Below are positions 20,175 to 30,115 of a stretch of DNA of 64,000 nt, one piece after another (the stretch's first letter is position 1; every line of letters starts with the position of its first letter). The notes beneath the pieces are model-generated. The model was not told where the DNA came from. It searched no databases and saw only the letters and a program-made list of their open reading frames with translations. This DNA is from an uncultured Bacilli bacterium (GTDB lineage: Bacteria > Bacillota_I > Bacilli_A > RF39 > UBA660): contig CANQCI010000001.1 of the NCBI GenBank assembly GCA_947589675.1, forward strand, positions 7,156 to 71,155. Reading direction: 5' to 3'. The position numbers were made by a program, and so were the translations under genes.

Positions 20175-20891
20175 ATGGTGATTAAATTGATTAATCTAAA
20201 TGAAATAATAACAATTATTGAACGTTCGTTACTTGCTTTATTAACTTTATTTATCATTACCAAGATGTTAGGTAAAAAACAAATTTCCCAATTAACTGTT
20301 TATGATTATGTAGTGAGTATTTCGATTGGAAGTATTGCTGCAGATTCGATTATTTCCCTAGATGAACACATGGTAAATGGCTTATTAGCTATTATAATTT
20401 TTGGAGTAGTTGCTTTAGCAATTTCATATATTTCGATTAAAAGTGCCACCTTAAATAATATAATTAATGGTAAGCCAACGGTTCTGATGGAAAATGGCGA
20501 ATTTAATTTTCCTAATTTACGGCAAACCAAAATTCCCATTTATAAATTTTTAGAAGAAAGTCGTCTTAATGGCTATTACGATTTAAATATGATAAATTAT
20601 GCTATTTTAGAAACAAATGGACGAATAAGTTTTTTACCAAAAGAAGAATATCAAGAAATCAATCCCAAAGATTTAAAACGTGATTTAAAAACCAAGCTTA
20701 ATAAACAAACCTATAGCATTGAACTAGTCATTGATGGTGTTGTGCAAAAAGAAAATTTAAAAGATTTAGGTAAAGATGAAGAATGGTTAAAAAGTGAATT
20801 AAAGAAACAAAAAGTAACTAATGTTGACCAAATTTTATTATTAACTATTGATCAAAATGATAAATTAAAATTATATAAAGAATTAATTTAA
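20175..20891 (+). CDS. DUF421 (YetF-like) membrane protein
   Basis: LTLFIITKMLGKKQISQLTVYDYVVSISIGSIAA plus a C-terminal YetF-type domain. Confidence 0.7.
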   Translation: MVIKLINLNEIITIIERSLLALLTLFIITKMLGKKQISQLTVYDYVVSISIGSIAADSIISLDEHMVNGLLAIIIFGVVALAISYISIKSATLNNIINGKPTVLMENGEFNFPNLRQTKIPIYKFLEESRLNGYYDLNMINYAILETNGRISFLPKEEYQEINPKDLKRDLKTKLNKQTYSIELVIDGVVQKENLKDLGKDEEWLKSELKKQKVTNVDQILLLTIDQNDKLKLYKELI

Positions 20892-20959
20892 GTTAGTTCT
20901 TTTTTTAAACTATCTTTTCGTTTTAAAAAAAGTATTGTATAATTAACTTACAATCGAGA

Positions 20960-23440
20960 ATGAAAAGAGGAATTGATGTGAATATAAGTAAAACGTTTGA
21001 AAAAATTGCTAATCCTTTAAATATGGAAAGTCTAAATAAACTTATTAAAATTTATGCAACATCTTTTAGTGAGGAGCAATTATTAGACCAATTTTGGCAA
21101 ATCAATAGTCTTAATATTAAAGATGAACTAATAACAGTTCCAAGTGATTTTGCCATTTTTATGTTTAATCTTTGGCACCAAAGTGTTTTAGAAATGACTA
21201 ATACTGAATATGAAAAAAAGTACCAAGAAGGAATATTACAACCCGATTTTATTCAAATGCGAGAATGTCTGAAAGGCATTGCTAAAGTTAATACGAACGA
21301 ACAATTAATTGAAGCTATTACCCAAATAGATAAGATGTGTCCTTATACGTTAGCTAAATATGGTTGGGATAGTTATCAAAAAGAAATAAATTGGCAACAT
21401 ATTAGCAAACACAAAATTCATTTAGGTTCAGATAAGTATCCATTTGCTCGGCATACATTTTATATTAATGTTTTAAAAAGTGAAGATTTATTTTTGTTAA
21501 GTAAAGAATTAATTAATAAATATGAACAAGCTAAAATAAATTACTATTTTAAAATTAATTTAAGAAATCAAGATAATTCTTTGGTGATATATGTTAATGA
21601 TGAATGCCTACCTAAGAATATAAAAATTTTTAAAGCAATAAAAAAAGAAAATCCTGATTTAATAAAAAGAATAGGGCAACCACCAATTTTAACTGGCAAA
21701 ATTAATAATTGGCTTGGTTATATGGCTATTACAAATAAACTTGGAAAAACACCTATTTTAGAATTTATTGTTAATAATCTAATTGTTCCAACCTTTGATA
21801 AATATACCCGAACTTGGATTTATAATAATCGTTATTTACAAATTAAATCAGCTGATAAATCCTATACTTTAGAAGACTTTATTACTTTAAAAGCAACAGA
21901 TGTTTTAATTGATATTTTAAGACAACAAATTAAAAAAATAGAAAATAAAGGAAATGGTATTAAAGTTATTGATGAACTTGGGTATACACGTGAAGATTTA
22001 AATTCCACCTTTTTTAGAGAAAATATTTTTAATATTATAAAACAAAATATGGATACGATGTTAGCTCTTGCTTCCCAAGGAAATATGGCAATCGAACCAG
22101 TGCTAATGAAAGTTCGGAATGAAAAAATAATCTGTTTTAAAAAAGAATATTTAGAAAATATTTTAAAACCTTTTGCTTTAAAAATAGTAAGTTATGATAG
22201 CAATTATTTAGTTAATATAAATAATAGTATTTTAGATAAAGTGGAAGAATTTGATATATCTAAAAATAATATTTGTTTTAATTGTGATACTTTAGAAAGA
22301 TTAAAAGTAATTAGTGCTAAAGACTCAAGACTTGAGTTAGCGGGGAATAATTTAGAAAGAGAATCATATCGAAATTTAATGGAAAGAATTAGTGGTTTAG
22401 GTGAACTTAAAGATGTTATCAAAGACCAAGAATTACTTAAATCAATCATTGCTTATAATGGTGATAGGCGGTTATTTAGAGCTTTAATCGAGGTTATCAA
22501 TGATGGCTTAAGTAAAGGTATAATTACAGATGATGATTTAGAGTTATTTACGAATGGTTTTGTTGTTAATGCTTTAATTAATTTAGATGAAACCCTAAGT
22601 AAGTTCAGTAATCGTGTTCCTTATCCAGATGAAATGACTGATAAATTAAATTATTTATCATTAATCAAAAGTGCCAAAGCTTATGCCTCTTCCTTTACGG
22701 AGCCAATATTTATTCAGGCTTTTAGTAATCATCAAGATAAGTATTTGGCATGGGTAAAAAATAAAAATATCCCTTTAAGAGGTTTTGCGACTGTCGTAAA
22801 TAAATTAATTAATCAAAAACAAATTGAAGCGGCTAAAGAATATATAAATAGTATGGCTTGTGTTCCCAATTTAAATTACGAAGAAGATAATTCTCAAAAA
22901 GCTAATATTTTTATCTTAACTAACAATGGCAACACTAGTTATCAAGAAATGTTAGATCAATTAAATAGTTATGGTACTATTAAAGATATTCTAAGAAGTT
23001 CTGATTTTGTTAAAGCAATTATCGCTTATAATGGTGATGGTAAATTTTTTCAAGTATTTATTGATTTAATTAATAAGGGATTACAAAAATCAGAAATAAT
23101 GCCTTGGGATTTACAAGTATTCACTACGGGAAAAGTAGCTGATGCCATTGTTAATATTGAAGAAACCTGTTTAGTATATGGCAAAAGAAAAAGTTATGCT
23201 CAGGAAATGCCGGAAAAGTTAAGCTATTTGGCTTATATTAAAGATGCCGAAGCTTTTGCCGCCAGTTTTACGCATCCTAAAGTTATTCAAGAATTGATTA
23301 ATAATTATAATATCTATTTAGACAGCTGGGCTAATAATATTGAAATCCCTGTTGGAGGTTATGCGGCTTTTATTAAAGAATTATTGAATAATAATGCAAT
23401 TGAAATAGTCCAAAGATATTTAAAAAAATTAACAATATAA
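20960..23440 (+). CDS. large hypothetical protein (826 aa) with a tandemly duplicated ~125-aa C-terminal domain
   Basis: Two repeats share ...IIAYNGD..F...I..IN.GL......D.L..FT.G.V..A..N..ET......R..Y..EM..KL.YL..IK.A.A.A.SFT.P. The start may instead be GTG 20978, which has an AAGAGGAA RBS. Confidence 0.5.
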   Translation: MKRGIDVNISKTFEKIANPLNMESLNKLIKIYATSFSEEQLLDQFWQINSLNIKDELITVPSDFAIFMFNLWHQSVLEMTNTEYEKKYQEGILQPDFIQMRECLKGIAKVNTNEQLIEAITQIDKMCPYTLAKYGWDSYQKEINWQHISKHKIHLGSDKYPFARHTFYINVLKSEDLFLLSKELINKYEQAKINYYFKINLRNQDNSLVIYVNDECLPKNIKIFKAIKKENPDLIKRIGQPPILTGKINNWLGYMAITNKLGKTPILEFIVNNLIVPTFDKYTRTWIYNNRYLQIKSADKSYTLEDFITLKATDVLIDILRQQIKKIENKGNGIKVIDELGYTREDLNSTFFRENIFNIIKQNMDTMLALASQGNMAIEPVLMKVRNEKIICFKKEYLENILKPFALKIVSYDSNYLVNINNSILDKVEEFDISKNNICFNCDTLERLKVISAKDSRLELAGNNLERESYRNLMERISGLGELKDVIKDQELLKSIIAYNGDRRLFRALIEVINDGLSKGIITDDDLELFTNGFVVNALINLDETLSKFSNRVPYPDEMTDKLNYLSLIKSAKAYASSFTEPIFIQAFSNHQDKYLAWVKNKNIPLRGFATVVNKLINQKQIEAAKEYINSMACVPNLNYEEDNSQKANIFILTNNGNTSYQEMLDQLNSYGTIKDILRSSDFVKAIIAYNGDGKFFQVFIDLINKGLQKSEIMPWDLQVFTTGKVADAIVNIEETCLVYGKRKSYAQEMPEKLSYLAYIKDAEAFAASFTHPKVIQELINNYNIYLDSWANNIEIPVGGYAAFIKELLNNNAIEIVQRYLKKLTI

Positions 23441-23455
23441 TTAGTGAGATAAATT

Positions 23456-24223
23456 ATGATTTATACTTTTATTAATAACATTGGTTCATATCTTACTGAG
23501 ATATTTACTCTTTTTTCTATAAAAACATGTCTAAATTTTATAACTACGTTAATTTTTCTTTTTTCCATATTTAGCTTAATTTATTCTTTATATAGTACAA
23601 ATCCTAATTGCAAAAATTTGCTAAAGGTAAATATAGTTTATATATTATATTCGCTTTTAAGTACTTTTTTCTTCCCCCTTATTTTATCATTAGATATGGG
23701 GGTAGATGCTATTTTATTATATTTAATGACTTTTATTTCTGTTATATGTTATATAATATCTATTATAATTTTAGCTAAAAAACACAAAAAAGTGGAAGCC
23801 AATTCGTCTCCTAAAACACTTAAAGCAATAATATTTGTTTTAATCCTATTACCAATTATATTGTTTACAGGTAGTTATTTAAAAGAACAATATTTAATAA
23901 AAAATAGTGATATTGTTTTAGTTTATTATTCGAGGGGAAATGGAGGATTAGGTGATGGTGGTAATTATGCTTATGCAATTAATGAAAAGTATTGTGAGGA
24001 AATAAGCTTAGGAATTACCATTGATGGCTATGATTTAAAAAAATTTTTACCCAAAAAGGCTATAGAAACTACGGATACAGGTAATATTAAAAACTATAAT
24101 GTAGAGTTAGATGAAGATAGAAAATTTTTAGTATATAAAAATGGCAAATTAATTCATCAAAAAACTAATTTTAAATATTTTAATAATGAATTAAAAAAAG
24201 TTTTTTATATAAATAATAGTTAA
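23456..24223 (+). CDS. hypothetical polytopic membrane protein (255 aa)
   Basis: About 5 TM helices followed by a soluble C-terminal domain. Confidence 0.4.
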   Translation: MIYTFINNIGSYLTEIFTLFSIKTCLNFITTLIFLFSIFSLIYSLYSTNPNCKNLLKVNIVYILYSLLSTFFFPLILSLDMGVDAILLYLMTFISVICYIISIIILAKKHKKVEANSSPKTLKAIIFVLILLPIILFTGSYLKEQYLIKNSDIVLVYYSRGNGGLGDGGNYAYAINEKYCEEISLGITIDGYDLKKFLPKKAIETTDTGNIKNYNVELDEDRKFLVYKNGKLIHQKTNFKYFNNELKKVFYINNS

Positions 24224-24266
24224 ATAAAATTTTTTGTTAAAAAATAATGAATTTAGGTCGATTTTG

Positions 24267-24295
24267 TTTGACTTTTGGGGACTTTTACCCTATAA
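24267..24295 (+). promoter_or_regulatory. consensus sigma-A promoter of the rplM-rpsI operon, followed by an ~80-nt leader
   Basis: TTGACT, then a 17-nt spacer, then TATAAT. The leader before rplM could be an L13-type autoregulatory leader. Confidence 0.5.
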
Positions 24296-24377
24296 TTTTA
24301 ATCGGTACATTTTTTAATTATGAATATTATTTAGTTGTGGGAAGATTAAATAGTAAACGTAATGGAAGGAATTTAAT

Positions 24378-24809
24378 ATGAAAACATTTATGCAAACAAA
24401 GGAAAACATTGAAAGAAAATGGTATGTTATTGATGCTGAAGGAAAAACTTTGGGACGTTTAGCTACGAAAGCTGCTCATATCTTACGTGGGAAACATAAA
24501 CCAATTTATACACCTCACGTTGATTGTGGAGATTACATCATAGTTATCAATGCTGATAAAGTAAAATTAACTGGTAATAAACTAGAAGATAAAAAATACT
24601 ATAATCATAGTGGATATCCAGGTGGCTTAAGAGAAAGAAATGCTAAAGAAATGCTTCAAAATTATCCAGAAGAAATGGTCGAAAGAGCAATAAAAGGAAT
24701 GCTTCCTCATAATAGATTAGGAAGAGCTATGGGTAAAAAATTATTTGTTTATAGGGGCAGTGATCATAAGCATGCTGCACAAAAGCCTATAAATTTGGAT
24801 ATTGATTAG
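24378..24809 (+). CDS. rplM: 50S ribosomal protein L13
   Basis: [49 protein letters not shown]. Confidence 0.95.
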   Translation: MKTFMQTKENIERKWYVIDAEGKTLGRLATKAAHILRGKHKPIYTPHVDCGDYIIVINADKVKLTGNKLEDKKYYNHSGYPGGLRERNAKEMLQNYPEEMVERAIKGMLPHNRLGRAMGKKLFVYRGSDHKHAAQKPINLDID

Positions 24810-24817
24810 GAGGAAAC

Positions 24818-25234
24818 ATGAGTAAACAAGTATGGACTGCAACAGGCAGAAGAAAAAGTTCAGTGGCTCAAGTTAGAATGACTGGCGGAACTGGTAATAT
24901 TGTAGTAAACGGAGTAGATGTAGAAGAATATATGCCATATGCAACATTAGTTATGGATTTAAAACAACCACTTGTTGCTACTAATAACGAAAATCGTTTT
25001 GATATTGACATTACAGTTAAAGGTGGCGGTTTTTCTGGACAAACAGGTGCTATACGGTTAGGTATTACGAGAGCTTTATTAAAATTTGATGCTAATACTG
25101 ATCAAAGTCGTGAAGACAGTTACCGACATATTCTTAAAAATGAAGGATTTATTACTCGGGATCCAAGAGTTAAAGAAAGAAAGAAATATGGTCTTAAAAA
25201 AGCTCGTCGGGCTCCACAATTCTCTAAACGTTAA
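24818..25234 (+). CDS. rpsI: 30S ribosomal protein S9
   Basis: GTGRRKSSVAQVRM ... C-terminal KKARRAPQFSKR. Confidence 0.95.
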   Translation: MSKQVWTATGRRKSSVAQVRMTGGTGNIVVNGVDVEEYMPYATLVMDLKQPLVATNNENRFDIDITVKGGGFSGQTGAIRLGITRALLKFDANTDQSREDSYRHILKNEGFITRDPRVKERKKYGLKKARRAPQFSKR

Positions 25235-25245
25235 TTTCAATGTTG

Positions 25246-25270
25246 TAAAAGCCTTAGGGCTTTTTTTTAG
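25246..25270 (+). terminator. rho-independent terminator after rpsI
   Basis: AAAGCC-ttag-GGCTTT followed by T8. Confidence 0.5.
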
Positions 25271-25332
25271 TGTTTTGCTTTTCTATTATTTTTAGTTTAT
25301 AATAATTTTAAATTGGCAAAGGAGGTAAAAAA

Positions 25333-26211
25333 ATGCGGCTAAGCGAAGATTGGTTAGATTATGAATGTTTAAGTGCTGGTAATGGGGAAAAATTAGAGAG
25401 ATGGGGAAAAGTTATTTTAAGAAGACCAGAACCTCAAGCAATGTGGCCGATTAACAAAAATTCCATTTGGAATAAGGTTGATGGCTGTTATTATCGCTTT
25501 AAAGATGGAGGAGGGCATTGGGAATTTAAAACAAAACTTCCAGAATTTTGGCAAATTAAATACAAGGATTTAACATTTAAAGTGAGTCCAACTAATTTTA
25601 AACATACCGGAATTTTTCCCGAACAAGCTGTGAATTGGGATTTTATGACTGAAAAAATAAAAAGTGCTAAGCGACCAATTAAAGTTTTAAATCTTTTTGC
25701 TTATACTGGAGCGGCAACTATGGCTTGTAGCAAAGCTGGGGCTTCGTTAGTAGTCCACGTTGATGCGGCTAAGGGAATGGTAGCATGGGCTAAAGAAAAT
25801 GCTCAATTATGTGGAATTGAAAATAATAAAATAAGATTTTTAGTGGATGATTGTCTAAAATTTGTGGAAAGAGAAATTAGAAGAGGAAATAAGTACGATG
25901 CTATTGTCATGGATCCACCATCTTATGGACGAGGACCTAATAAAGAATTATGGAAGTTAGAAAATAATTTAGAAGATTTAGTAAAAAAATGTTGTGAACT
26001 TTTGAGTGATGAACCGTTATTTTTTTTAATTAATGCTTATACCACAGGAATTTCTAGTACGGTTTTATATAATATTTTAACTCTTACCGTCCAAAAAAGA
26101 TATAAGGGCGTTGTTGACCACGGGGAAATAGGCTTACCAATTAAAGAAAATAATCTTGTGTTGCCTTGTGGTATTTATGGTAGATGGCAAAATGATAAAA
26201 ATATTATATGA
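25333..26211 (+). CDS. class I SAM-dependent (rRNA) methyltransferase, RlmI/YbaJ-like without a PUA domain
   Basis: VLNLFAYTGAATMACSKAGA SAM-binding motif and DAIVMDPPSY motif IV. Its position after rpsI matches Bacillus ybaJ. Confidence 0.7.
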   Translation: MRLSEDWLDYECLSAGNGEKLERWGKVILRRPEPQAMWPINKNSIWNKVDGCYYRFKDGGGHWEFKTKLPEFWQIKYKDLTFKVSPTNFKHTGIFPEQAVNWDFMTEKIKSAKRPIKVLNLFAYTGAATMACSKAGASLVVHVDAAKGMVAWAKENAQLCGIENNKIRFLVDDCLKFVEREIRRGNKYDAIVMDPPSYGRGPNKELWKLENNLEDLVKKCCELLSDEPLFFLINAYTTGISSTVLYNILTLTVQKRYKGVVDHGEIGLPIKENNLVLPCGIYGRWQNDKNII

Positions 26212-26842
26212 AGATAATCATTTATTAATAATTGAAAAGCCAGTTAATGTTCCCGTTCAAGAAGATGAAAGTCATGATTTAGATTTATTAACCATTTTAA
26301 AAAAATATTTAAAAGAAAAATATCAAAAGCCAGGAAATGTATATTTAGGTTTAGTACATCGCTTAGACCGTCCGGTTGGTGGGGTAATGGTACTAGCTAA
26401 AACAAGCAAATGTGCCTCTCGTTTGTCCGAACAAATTCGTAATAAAACTTTTCAAAAAGAGTATTATGCAATTCTTGATGGTGATATTAAACCCTCGGAA
26501 GGAGTACTTGAGGATTACTTAGTTAAAGATGCAAAAACTAATATGGTTTCAGTAAATTCTTTAGGAAAATATGCCAAACTTCGTTATAAAAAGAAAAAAG
26601 TTGTTGATAATTTAAGTCTTATCCACATTTTTTTAGAAACAGGGCGGTCTCATCAAATTAGAGTACAATTTGCTTCACGGGGTTATCCTTTATATGGTGA
26701 TATGCGTTATAATCAAAAGGCTAAAGTAGGGATGCAAATTGCTTTATGGGCGACAAAGATAACTTTTGCCCATCCAATAACCAAAGAAATTATTTCTTTT
26801 AGTTGCCCTTATCCTAAGGTAAGTCCATGGAATAAATTTTAA
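26192..26842 (+). CDS. RluA-family pseudouridine synthase
   Basis: LVHRLDRPVGGVMVLAKT catalytic Asp motif. The start is taken at MIKILYEDNHLLIIEKP. Confidence 0.8.
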   Translation: MIKILYEDNHLLIIEKPVNVPVQEDESHDLDLLTILKKYLKEKYQKPGNVYLGLVHRLDRPVGGVMVLAKTSKCASRLSEQIRNKTFQKEYYAILDGDIKPSEGVLEDYLVKDAKTNMVSVNSLGKYAKLRYKKKKVVDNLSLIHIFLETGRSHQIRVQFASRGYPLYGDMRYNQKAKVGMQIALWATKITFAHPITKEIISFSCPYPKVSPWNKF

Positions 26843-26854
26843 GAAAGGAGATTT

Positions 26855-27163
26855 ATGAATAAGATATTATTTACAAAAGAAGATATAAAAGTTAAAGTAG
26901 ATAAAATAAGTTATAAATTAAATTTAGTATTAACTGACGAAGAATTAATTCTTTTAAAAAATGTTAATGAAGAAATAGATTATATGAATTTTTTAGGAGG
27001 AAGAGGCGTTCAGTTTCAAGATAATTTAGAAATAGTATTTCAAGAAAAATTAACTAATTTAAAAATTAAATATAAGGAAGGAATAAATAATATTAAGGTA
27101 ATTAGTTCTAATAATAATTTAGTAATTTATTGTGAAAATTTAAATGAATTTCTAAAGAAATAA
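26855..27163 (+). CDS. hypothetical protein (102 aa)
   Basis: ORF with an RBS AGGAG. It lies where ybaK sits in Bacillus. Confidence 0.4.
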   Translation: MNKILFTKEDIKVKVDKISYKLNLVLTDEELILLKNVNEEIDYMNFLGGRGVQFQDNLEIVFQEKLTNLKIKYKEGINNIKVISSNNNLVIYCENLNEFLKK

Positions 27164-27214
27164 GAGAAATGAATAATAATCACAAAAAAATAAAGGGCTA
27201 ACATATAATTAAAT

Positions 27215-27865
27215 ATGAAATATTATTATATAAAAGTATTTTTATTATTTATAATGGTCTTTTCTTGTTTATTTGTGATTAAAGTAAATGCTTCTCTTCC
27301 TTTAGCTGGGCGGCTTATAATTGTCGATGTTGGGCATGGGGGATTAGACCCTGGCACAGTGTATCAAGATATTTATGAAAAAGATATTAATTTATTAATT
27401 GCAAAAAATTTAGAAATTGAATTAAATAAATTAGGAGCCGGAGTATTGCTTATTCGGGATGGTGATTATGATTTAAGTAGGGGAGTTAAAAATCATCGTA
27501 AAAAAACTGATTTTGATAATCGAATTAAAATAATAAATAATAGTGAAGGAGATATGTATCTGTCCATTCATTTAAATTATTTAGAAAATACGGCTTACTA
27601 TGGAGCTCAAGTTTTTTATAACCAAGAAAATAAAAAGTTAGCTTTGGCAATTCAGGAATATTTAAATGCTAATTTAGATACTAATCGAGAGATTAAAAAA
27701 ATACCTAGTTCAACTTATATGTATCGAAAGTTAAAAATTCCTGGGGTTTTAATAGAATGTGGATTTTTATCTAACCCTCAAGAACGGAAACTTTTAGTAA
27801 CCCCAAAATATCAACAAAAATTAGCTAAAACAATTGCTGATTCAATAGTTCATTATTATTACTAA
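27215..27865 (+). CDS. cwlD: N-acetylmuramoyl-L-alanine amidase (Amidase_3; germination-type CwlD-like)
   Basis: Signal/TM N-terminus, then RLIIVDVGHGGLDPG ... SIHLN ... GVLIECGFLSNPQE. Synteny: rplM-rpsI-ybaJ-ybaK-cwlD. Confidence 0.75.
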   Translation: MKYYYIKVFLLFIMVFSCLFVIKVNASLPLAGRLIIVDVGHGGLDPGTVYQDIYEKDINLLIAKNLEIELNKLGAGVLLIRDGDYDLSRGVKNHRKKTDFDNRIKIINNSEGDMYLSIHLNYLENTAYYGAQVFYNQENKKLALAIQEYLNANLDTNREIKKIPSSTYMYRKLKIPGVLIECGFLSNPQERKLLVTPKYQQKLAKTIADSIVHYYY

Positions 27866-27976
27866 ATAATGCTAAATTCACAATTTTTTCACGAACTTTT
27901 GACAATAAAGACATTTTATAATTATATATTAATTACGAGATTTGTGATATAATGTTTTCAAAAAGGTGGACTTAGT

Positions 27977-28906
27977 GTGAAAACAAAAACTTTTAAAACA
28001 TTAGATGAACAAATTGAAATCTTAATAGAAAAAGGCTTAGTTATTGATGATATCGAAGAAGCTAAGACAATTCTATTAAGGGAAAACTATTTCTTTATCA
28101 ATGGCTATCGCCATCTATTTATGCAACCAGATTCGAATAGATTTATTGAAGGTACTAATTTTCGAGAACTTCATGCTATGTTTTATTTTGATCGTCAGCT
28201 AAGAAATATTATTTTTAAACATATTTTAATATTTGAAAATAATTTAAAAAGTATATTAGCTTATGTAATGAGTAAAAATCATGGTTTTAAAGAAAATAAT
28301 TATTTAAATACAAATAATTTTGTAAGAGATTCAAGGAAAATTAGACAAATTAATGATTTGATTCGCAAAATGAAAAGGCAGATTAGCGTTAATGGTAAAC
28401 AACATACAGCAACAGCACACTACTTAAATAATTATGGCTACATTCCTCTTTGGGTTGTGGTTAAAGTCTTATCCTTTGGGATAGTGGGTGAATTATATAC
28501 AGTACTCCAGTATCAAGATCAAAAAGAAATAGCCGATGTATTTGCAATTGATATTTATAGTATGGTAGAATATTTACCAATCCTAGCTAATTATCGGAAT
28601 TTATGTGCTCACGAAGATATTTGTTATATTAATAAAACTCAGAAATTTATTGAAGATACTAAATATCATCGACTTTTAAATATTCCTAAGGATAGTGATG
28701 GAGAATTTATCTTTGGTAAAAACGATTTATTTGCATTAGTAATTATTTTCAAATTTGTTTTAAGTAAGGAGAATTTCAATGCTTTCTTAGATGAAGTAAG
28801 TTATGAAATAGATTATTTAAGTGGACGGTTAAAAACTATTACGATTAATAATGTTTTAGAAGAAATGGGATTTCCAGAAAATTATAAAAATATAGAGAGG
28901 GTATGA
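27977..28906 (+). CDS. Abi_2-family abortive-infection protein (AbiD/AbiF-like)
   Basis: The N-terminus ...TLDEQIEILIEKGLVIDDIEEAKTILLRENYFFINGYRH matches the characteristic Abi_2 opening. GTG start with an AAAGGTGGA RBS. Confidence 0.8.
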   Translation: MKTKTFKTLDEQIEILIEKGLVIDDIEEAKTILLRENYFFINGYRHLFMQPDSNRFIEGTNFRELHAMFYFDRQLRNIIFKHILIFENNLKSILAYVMSKNHGFKENNYLNTNNFVRDSRKIRQINDLIRKMKRQISVNGKQHTATAHYLNNYGYIPLWVVVKVLSFGIVGELYTVLQYQDQKEIADVFAIDIYSMVEYLPILANYRNLCAHEDICYINKTQKFIEDTKYHRLLNIPKDSDGEFIFGKNDLFALVIIFKFVLSKENFNAFLDEVSYEIDYLSGRLKTITINNVLEEMGFPENYKNIERV

Positions 28907-30030
28907 AAATGGAAAACAATGATTATGGAACAAAAAGGGAAGTTACTAGTTTTGGAAAGTATATAATAATATTTTTTATTGGTTGCTTAGTTATGTATTT
29001 AATTGTTTATATGTTTCCAATGACAGTTACTGAGGAAGTAACAAAAGTAAAAAAGGATGTAACGGTGACCGAAACAGGAATTGCTGATGCTGTTGAAAAA
29101 GTATATGATGCCGTGGTGGTTGTATCGACTTATAAAGATAGTAGATATGCCGCTTCGGGTTCTGGTTTTGTCTATGCTAAAGATAAAAATACTTATCATA
29201 TCTTAACTAATTATCATGTAATTGAAGGTGGAGATAAAGTTACAGTTACATTTACCGATGGTGATGTGGTAGAAACTAAGATAAGTGGTTATGATGAATA
29301 TGCGGATATTGCAGTTTTAACTGTAACAAGTGATAAAGAACTTGCTGTTGCCGAAATTGGTAGCAGTGAAGATGCCAGAGTTGGAGATACCGCCTTTGCG
29401 GTTGGAGCTCCTTTGGATAGTGTTTATTCGTGGACAGTTTCCCGGGGTATTTTATCCGGAAAGGACAGAATGGTAGAAGTTTCAATTGGAAATAGTTCCA
29501 CAAGTGATTATGTAATGAAAGTTCTTCAAACAGATGCTTCTATTAACTCTGGTAACAGTGGTGGCCCACTTTGTAATTCCAATGGACAAATAATTGGTAT
29601 TACTTCCTTAAAACTTGTTAGTAGTGGAGTTGAAGGAATGGGTTTTGCAATTCCTATTGAATCAGCGATTACGAAAGCTAATCAAATTTTAGATGGCAAA
29701 GTAATTGAACAACCTTTTTTAGGCGTATCAATGTATGATTTATCCCAAGCTTACTATACACCTCAATATTATCGAATCATTCAAGAATCTGGTCTTTCTA
29801 GTGGGGTTATTGTTACTGATGTTGAAAAAGATAGCCCAGCTGATAAAGGCGGACTTGAAGCTGGTGATATTATAATTAAATTAGGTGATGATGAAGTAAG
29901 TAGTATAGCTTATTTAAGATATTATTTATTCCAATATAGTGTTGGTGATAAAGTAAAAGTTACAGTTAACCGTGAAGGTAAAGAAAAAACTGTTGAAATT
30001 ACTTTAGGTTCCAAAAAACAAACTAGTTAG
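28903..30030 (+). CDS. htrA: HtrA/DegP-family serine protease with a PDZ domain
   Basis: N-terminal TM helix; catalytic triad context TNYHVIEGG ... DIAVL ... GNSGGPL; C-terminal PDZ (GVIVTDVEKDSPADKGGLEAGDIII). Confidence 0.85.
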   Translation: MKMENNDYGTKREVTSFGKYIIIFFIGCLVMYLIVYMFPMTVTEEVTKVKKDVTVTETGIADAVEKVYDAVVVVSTYKDSRYAASGSGFVYAKDKNTYHILTNYHVIEGGDKVTVTFTDGDVVETKISGYDEYADIAVLTVTSDKELAVAEIGSSEDARVGDTAFAVGAPLDSVYSWTVSRGILSGKDRMVEVSIGNSSTSDYVMKVLQTDASINSGNSGGPLCNSNGQIIGITSLKLVSSGVEGMGFAIPIESAITKANQILDGKVIEQPFLGVSMYDLSQAYYTPQYYRIIQESGLSSGVIVTDVEKDSPADKGGLEAGDIIIKLGDDEVSSIAYLRYYLFQYSVGDKVKVTVNREGKEKTVEITLGSKKQTS

Positions 30031-30115
30031 AAATTAAGCCTCGTTCTTTAAAAGGAATGAGGTTTATTTAAATTAAATTTTGTTTTTATGATATAATTAA
30101 GTTGGTGATAGATAT

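Noticed and set aside
25086-25295. 69-aa ORF overlapping the 3' end of rpsI
   Set aside because: It overlaps the S9 C-terminus and the rpsI terminator hairpin, and its composition is hydrophobic junk. Spurious.
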